Source: Eledone cirrhosa
Taxonomy: Eukaryota
Assembly (NCBI GenBank): GCA_964016885.1
Contig: OZ024749.1
Span: 3,720,001-3,784,000 of the forward strand
Length of the DNA: 64,000 bases
Direction: 5' to 3'
This document shows positions 54,195-64,000 of the stretch, one piece after another. Position 1 is the stretch's first letter, and each line of letters opens with the position of its first letter. Under the pieces are notes generated by a model. It saw nothing but the letters and a program-made list of their open reading frames with translations. It was not told where the DNA came from and did no database searches. A program made the translations under genes and the position numbers.

Positions 54195-55250
54195 TGTTAT
54201 TGTCATCCATCGGTCTCAAAAGACAATGGGTCTTCGCCTTGAAAATGTTGTGTTAGCTGCTGATGGCGGTGTAGCCTCTACTGTGGCTGTACAAGTCCCA
54301 ACGGTATGGCAGTCCTGTATTCTATAATTCTACTGCCTTTGCAGATTCTCCCCTCCGGTGCTACTGTGTTGTTCTTTTTTCGAGCACGCGTTTCCTTGGA
54401 GGAACATTTCTCTTCCCCTCGCTCCATTCCGTGTGCAGTATTTGTCTCCATTGTGGGCGATCAGAGCTATTGATATCATATCCCTCCTGCAGAAGTCTTT
54501 GAAACGAAGATGGTTTCGTCCTCGTGTTGTTGTGCCGGTAGCCAGTTCCCTCGTGAGTTTGACAATAGGGTGTGGTATTTGCTCCTCAGAGTGCGTTGTC
54601 AATGCTGCATCATCCACACACCGCATTTCACTGATGGTTACATTTCATTTTCATTCTTGATAGACTAAACAGTATCCCGTCTGATCGTGTGTGGAGGTCA
54701 ACATATGCAGGTGACTTTACAAATGCATACTTTAGCATGACTGCGAAAAAGATACGAAAGAGATTGGGGACTAGCACCCAGCCCTGCTTCACAGCGATGC
54801 ATATGTTAAATGCCTCCGAAGAACAGCCATCAAATTGAACGACCCCTTTCATATCTGCATGAAACAACTGGACTATTCTAAGAAGTCTTGTAGGACAACC
54901 AATCGTCGCAAAGATCTTGAACAGGACGTCTCTAATAAATAGATCGAATGCCTTCGTGAGGTCGATGAAGGTGATATAGAGTGGTTGCGTTTGCTCTCGT
55001 GACATCTCATGTAGCTGTCGAAGGGAGAAGATCATCTCGATGTTGGAGCATTCTGACATGAAACCACACAGGTATTCGGGGTACCACCTCTTAGCTATAT
55101 TGTGTAGTCGGTTCAAAACCATACGGAAAAATACCTTCTCAACAATGCTTAGCAGTAAGATACCTCGGTAGCTATTGCTGTCTCTTCTCTCATTATTATA
55201 GAGGTTGACAATGTCTCATCATATCTTGCGGGGCTGTACCCTCTTCTTCA
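54195..55250 (-). mobile_element. RTE LINE RT fragment (pseudogenised)
   Basis: YRGILLL, LCGF...MIFSLRQL, FIDLTKAFD, VKQGWVLVPNLF, VDDAAL, ELATG..RGR..LRFKD. Confidence 0.88.
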
Positions 55251-56758
55251 GCTTAGAAATGATTTGTAACAATAGGATATTGATCATAAAGTATACCATA
55301 TATCCTATATATTAAGGAGACGCTTATGTGAGTTAGACCAACTTATGTTACTCGGTTTCACTTATTGTCCCCTAAATTGATAATGTTTAATAAGTTAACA
55401 GCGATATTTTATCTGTAATTTTTATCCATTAATTACAATACAATATGTTGAAAAGGAAGTTGTTGACTGAAATGAAGTAGCCCATGGTTCATCTGCGTGT
55501 GCAACGTTATACATTCCAGACAACTCTAAGAGAATCAAAAGCAACCGCCACCAAGATATACGTGGGAGAGAGATGTCACAGCATGTTAGGGCAGTGAACC
55601 AGTAGTGTCTGAGGGACCGGCTGCTAGAAAGGGCAGCCCCAAACCATTCAGAGTGGTGTGCTCAACCAAACAGTGAGAGAGGAAAGACTGTTATAAGGAG
55701 GGAAATATCAAGATAAATTAACGGAGCCATAGACTCGCTATTCCCTGTCAATAATGTGCTAAAAGGAGAGGGAATCCTGAGCTCTTTAAAATACAATATG
55801 TTGAAAAGGTAACACACTAGAGTGAGATAGTGCGCATCATTAAAACAAGTAAAACCACCAGTGTATGCAATCTATAACCTATGAAAGGCAGGGCCGACAC
55901 ACGCTAATTAAAAATATAAACTAAACACACCTCTATAACTATATAACACACGTACAAATCCAAAGAGATCTGTTTCGCCGGGAAGTTGTTGACTGAAATG
56001 AAGTAGCTCATGGTTCATCAGCGTGTGTAACGTTATACATTCCAGGCAACTCTAAGAGAATCTAAAGCGACCGCAAAGCTACTCGTGGGAGGGAGATGTC
56101 ACAGCGTTTTATGGCAGTGAACCAGTGGTGACTGATGGCGCACTATCTCTCTCTAGTGTGTTACCTTTTCAAAATATTGTATTTTAAAGAGCACAGGATT
56201 CCTCCTTCTCCTTTGAGCACATTATTTACAGGGAATAGCGAGAGTCTATGGCTCCGTTAATTTATCGTGATATATATATATATATATACTGTATATACAT
56301 ATGTGTGTATGTGTGTGTGTTTATGTGTGCACGTGTGAGTTCGTGTGTGTACGTCCGTGTCCATGTGTCTGTGGAGGCGCCTGTTTTTATGTGTATATAT
56401 AATACATAAATTATACAGCAGCTTTGAACTTGATATAACAACATAATATTTGCAGGAAAATAAGAGGAGAAGGTCCTTAATAAGCTAGGAATGTATTTAA
56501 ACAAATACATTGACAAACAATGGTGAATTAAACTGTTAAATATGTACATAATATTGAAAATACAGCTTCATCAAGGAATATAGAAATACTGACAAAGAGA
56601 CACACAGGCTATAGAAAAACAATATGTTTGTTCGTAAATGTATGTATGTATGTATATGTATATGTATGTAATAACGTTTGTATATATGTGTGTGTCTATG
56701 TATGTATATATGTATGTATGCACGTTTGTAGGTATGTGTATTAGTAAATGTATGTATG

Positions 56759-56796
<38 letters not shown>

Positions 56797-57081
56797 AGCA
56801 TACATATATATATATATACATATATATATATATGTATGTATGTATATATGTATGTATGTATGTATGTATGTAAGTATGTATGCATGTATATATATATAAA
56901 TACGGAAAGAGAGATGAAATAAAATGGAAGTATACAAAAAGAAATGAAATAAATTTAATGAAAGAGGAGAAAAATATAAAGAACGAACATTTGACAAATA
57001 AAATATATTTGTACAATGCATTAATTTGTTTAGCATACTCAAAAACATCCTTTCGTTATTTTTTTACTTCTTCCACTTTCA

Positions 57082-57985
<904 letters not shown>

Positions 57986-58412
57986 AATACATTTGCATTA
58001 GATTTGCGTTAATTAACGACACATTTCTCTTTTATCCTATTTTTAATTAATAAATCACTTCATTATCTCACTCTCGAAGGAGCAAATTAACGTAGAATAA
58101 ACAGTTCAATACACAATAGTTAAAGTATAAGGCATAATGAATGGATCTGGCTTGGTATATGCGATGACTTAATAGTAGAGGTATGCACCTGCTCAGGATT
58201 CACATATGAGCGCTCCAATTGTTTGCTCGATGGCACAGCCAGAATATATTAACAGAATATATTACGTATTCCGCACGCACGGACACTCTTATCGCAATTC
58301 TCAGGGAGATTCGTCATAGCAAAATGTGTGACAAATGCTGTGTTCTGAACTGTTTATTCTATGTTAATTACTGTTGTGTCTACGTTAATTGTGATAATTT
58401 GTTCGTCTACAT

Positions 58413-58703
58413 CGGAGGTTCTCACAGTGGGTTGTACCGCCCCCCTGGGGGACGTTGAGAAGGACCAGTGGCCACCAGGGCCAAATAGGGTGGGTGGGGA
58501 CGGTAGAGATGATATAATAGTATATTAAATATCAAATACTAGTAAATATTATATTATTGATTTATATATTACCGATTTTATTTATTATATATTTATTTAC
58601 AATTTGTTTGTAGTCAGGTCTATCTGGAAATATGGTTGAAGGGTACTGAAGGTATTACGTGGCTGCGAACGAGGCGATTGTCCCAAAATATTGAGAAACT
58701 CTG
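58413..58703. mobile_element. hAT-type MITE
   Basis: Imperfect TIRs cggaggttctca and tgagaaactctg; exact 8-bp TSD gtctacat at 58405-58412 and 58704-58711. Confidence 0.8.
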
Positions 58704-59548
58704 GTCTACATCATGGATGGCACAAGATTTTTAGAAGCTCTTACCTTAGAGCTTATTGCTCGACTCCCTGTGTATTAAGAATTACTAAGTGAATAAGTGA
58801 TACTTGACGCTTTCTCTCATTTTGATGGGCTTTAGGCCTATGGCGCGGTGGTATAGGGGCTGAACCTCGTGGACAGTAACTTCCGCAGCAAGCCAGCCAC
58901 CCCACCTCGCGGGGCCCCTTCCTCAGACGGTTTGATGACGTTCCGATTGTGAGGAAGTGTTCGGGAGTACGGGGTCCAAGTACACCTAAAGAAAATATCG
59001 TGACGAGAATTATAATATTTTTGTTAATCATGACTCTTTACACAAGATCTTTAATATTTGCTCTTAGAAGTTAGTGGGGAAGGCTTTTCCGACTTTATTA
59101 ATGTACCTTGAGAATCAATGATCTTGTCACCACCAAAGAGTTGATCAGATGTTACCAGAAGCTGATCCACGCCTTCATAGATTCCAACACTTATCTATAA
59201 TACCTTTTTAATTTCCCTGAACCTGTGGATAATATAGAAAGGATTACCGAAGTTATTGTTAGTGTAGTTAGGTTTATTATTTCTGTAACCTTTCTTGTTG
59301 TGTTTTTTCATATTATATGTAACGATACTGTAATATAAATTACATATAATACGGAATCAACACGATCCAGAGAAAGAAAATTGGACATGAAAAAGAGAGG
59401 ACGCTTAGAGTGAAAGAAAGAGAAAAGCAGTTGGAAAGAGATTTCGACATACCTACCTCGTACCTACCTACATACATACAAGAATATGTACGTACACACA
59501 TGCGCTCCTACCCACCCGCGCACACACACACGCGCAAACACACTCAAC

Positions 59549-59597
<49 letters not shown>

Positions 59598-60194
59598 AAA
59601 CAAGATGAAATCTAAAATGCAATTGGTATCTTTTTTTTTAAATATATTTATTTGGTTCCTTTTGCAATTCTTGTGCTTTTCAAAAGTAGAATTGAGATGG
59701 AGGGTTTGTGGTTTTCTCACATCTCGTTGTTGTTTGAATGTTACTTCTGTTTTATATGGAAAAAAGGGGCTCAAAGTCCTACGTTTTTAGAGTAGTAATT
59801 TGGTTGATTCGTGAATAAGTATAATAAATTTCGCGGCAGTTCGCGTTACAAAGGTCCTATATTTGCCTTCAAATAAGGGGGGGGGGGGGGGGGACTCAAG
59901 TTGTTTTTTCATATATGAGTGAAGTTTTGTTTGGTTGATGCAGTCACGTGAGTAAGGACATCAGCTTTCGCGCCAGTTTGTGTTTGAATTTCGTTTTACT
60001 TAAAAAAAAGGCTCACGGAGGTTTTTTTTCATAAATGTAATTAGATTGGTTATAAATGAAATTATGACTGTCACGTGAACATGTACATTAAATTTCGCGC
60101 CCGTATTTGGGAATTTCTTTTGTAGCCTGTTAGAGAACTGGTGCGAAATTTATTATACTTATTCACCAACCAACCAAATTACTTCTCTAAAAAT

Positions 60195-61207
<1,013 letters not shown>

Positions 61208-61228
61208 TAGACATATAGTAACATTGAT

Positions 61229-61290
<62 letters not shown>

Positions 61291-61295
<5 letters not shown>

Positions 61296-64000
61296 TTCAT
61301 TAGTTAAGCAAAACAAGACCGCAATCTTAACAAGGAAGACATTATTAATAGATTGTCAACATATTTTAGTTTGATGTAAGGAATGTAGAGAATAATAATA
61401 ATAATATTAATAATAATAATGTCCGTTTACAATTGAAGGATCACAAGCCAAACTTTATAGAGAACCCATCAATTAGACTCATAAGCCCAACCACATCTGA
61501 CCTGGGCCGCATCAGTAAGAACATCCTTGATAGGATAATCCCTGGGCTACGGGATGATACCACCTACAAGTTGTGGTCGAACACCGGCCAAGTCATCAGA
61601 TGGTTCTCCGATCTAAGGTCCAAGCAATCTATGAGGTTAATCCAATTTGATATAGACAGCTATTACGCGTCAATAACCCCGGAATTGTTCAACAAAGCAC
61701 TAGCCCTAGCAACCACCAACTCGGACATAACCAATAATGAGATTAACATAATACTCATGGCTAGGCAGACTATCATTGAATTCAACGGAGCACTCTGGAC
61801 TAGAAAAGATAGAACAAACAACTTTGACATTACGATGGGCTCAAGTGACTCCGCGCAAATCACCGATTTAGTTGGGATTTACTTATTACGTAACATCAGA
61901 GCCGAACTCCAACCCATGCAAGGCGGAATATACAGGGACGACGCCCTATTTGCGGTCAACAATTGCACTAATCGGGGGATCGATTTGCTAAAGAAACAAT
62001 TTCATAGATTCTTCAAAATTAACGGTCTCTCTATCACCATCGAGCTGAACCATAAAGTAGTAAACTTCCTAGACGTCACCCTTGATCTCAACAATAACCT
62101 TTATAACCCTTACCATAAACCAGGCGAAATACTCAGATATATTAGCCCACACTCTAACCACCCACCGGCAGTCGTCAGAGCAGTAATCAAATCTATCTCC
62201 TATAGGATCTCAATGCTATCAGCAAATGAAGAGATATTTATAAACCACGCACAATATTATAATAAGGCTCTCTCTGAATCTGGTTATAAACAATCAATTT
62301 ATTACATACCAAAATGCCATAACACAGCAACTCACCATAATAAACTTAACACTAGAACTAGAAATACCTTAGCATATAGCCAGATTCGCCTCAATTTTAG
62401 CAGTAACAGCACCTATACAGGGAACTTTAATGGTGGCAGCGGCCTGCTCCCCACTCCAAGTAGCAACCTAAGAATCAACCCTAGAATAGGAATGAGAAAT
62501 GGGACGGCAATAACAAATCCCCAGGTAATAATAACCCTAGAAAGGCCTCTACCAACTCCACTAGAACCCCTAGAATGAATAGACCTAGAAATATCACCAG
62601 GCTCAACCCACCATTCTCATCTAATCTAGCCACTAATATCCCCAAACGCTTCTGCTCTATCCTATCCAAACACTCCCCCCCCACTACCATAGATATTACA
62701 AACTCTTTAATAAATATAACATTAAAATCTCATACAACACCTAACCTAGCTAGCCACATCGCGTTCAGTAACCATCATAAGCTAAGACAGTATAACTCCC
62801 ACACTGCGGTACCACCACCCCTATCAAATACACCACGCCACTACACCAATAATTACTCTATTAGCACACATCCCCCATCTAATCCTTCTAGCACGGACCA
62901 ACCGCTTAGGTTAAACAACCCTACTCTCACTAACCGCAGAAGCAACTGCAACTGTCGTTAGCCCAACGCATGCCCATTAAATGGACACTGCCTGACACCC
63001 AACATAGTCTATAGGTGCACGTTGAGACTGCTTCGAATACCAGCTCTTATATCGGGTCTACCTCGAACCCTTTTAAGGTACGCTATAACGCGCACTCTTT
63101 TTCCTTCCGAGACCCTAGCAACAGATGTACGACATCGCTAGCTAGGCTCATTAAAAACCTTAAATTAAACAACGTGCAACACTCACTAAAATGGGATATC
63201 GTAGCTAGGGCCCAACCGTTCAATGGACGAAGAAAATCTTGTGATCTCTGTATTACAGAAGCATATTACATAACTCAATCACGACCTCTACCGATTAACG
63301 ATATAACGGAGGTAACTATTAGATGTCAACATCGAAGGACTAATTCCTTCACCAATAGAATTTTTGACACAACTTAGTCATGTAGCCCCATTTCTATTTG
63401 TAGCTAATAAGTTAAATTGCTATGAACAACTCGATAATTATAAGTTACCTCCCCTACAGTGTCTCTCAATTAAACAATTTAAATACTAGCATTTAACTAT
63501 AAATACTCACAATCTCTAATCTCTCGAGAAGTTACTTCCTCAGAAACCACTCTCTAATTAGTTCAGGTAAATATGCCCTTTGGCAGCCATCTTGTTACCC
63601 ATAAGCATATCTCACAGAATGCAGCCTCGACAGATGAATACTGCTTGATTATGGCTGACAGATGATGCAACCAAGACACCATAGTAAAAACCAGTATATG
63701 GAACATTATATTATGTAACATTACTTTAATTTATATTCCTTTGAGATCCGATGAGCCACTCTGTTTTTTTAAATATGTTAATTATTTTAAACTGAACCAC
63801 ATCAATTATGATATATAGTCATCTGATCCAGAAATATTATATGGAGTAGCGAAGCAATTATAAACGGACATTATTATTATTAATATTATTATTATTAACA
63901 CTACATTCCTTACATCAAACTAAAATATGTTGACAATCTTTTAATAATGTCTTCCTTGTGAAGTTTGTGCTCTTGTTTTGCTTAACTAATGAATATTTCC
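61291..64000 (+). mobile_element. 5'-truncated Penelope-like element (RT plus GIY-YIG) with inverted pLTR piece at its 5' end
   Basis: ORFs 61433-62578, 62575-62961 and 63015-63377: KDHK, QFDIDSYY, ITMGS, GGIYRDD, VNFLDVTL, SNHPP, CNC..CPL..CL, YIG..R..H, CDLCITE; 61291-61436 is the reverse complement of about 63855-63998. Confidence 0.92.

Noticed and set aside
58720-59310. Possible LINE ORF1/endonuclease remnant
   Set aside because: Motifs are too eroded to support a call.

Overview
This is a very AT-rich eukaryotic window saturated with (TA)n/(CA)n/(GA)n microsatellites. The tRNA-derived SINEs resemble octopus OR/OK-type SINEs, so a cephalopod origin is inferred but not proven. There is one 200-N gap. 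Almost all long ORFs in the track are microsatellite read-through. Real coding remnants are transposon-derived: Penelope-like elements (PLEs; RT plus C-terminal GIY-YIG) of at least two lineages, RTE, CR1-like and L1/Tx1 LINE pieces, and a deleted Tc1/mariner. A hAT MITE and Helitron-like elements are also present. The main unexplained signal is about 30 type I hammerhead ribozyme (HHR) motifs from roughly ten unrelated sequence families. Most have the form stem I - CYGANGA - stem II - GAAA - palindromic stem III - UH - stem I. They lie in PLE 3' ends and in short non-coding cassettes embedded in (TA)n tracts, often as fold-back inverted pairs whose symmetry centres fall in or next to the ribozyme. 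One candidate two-exon host gene for a small secreted cationic peptide lies at 57082-57985 (-). All structures were read by eye and none was computed.
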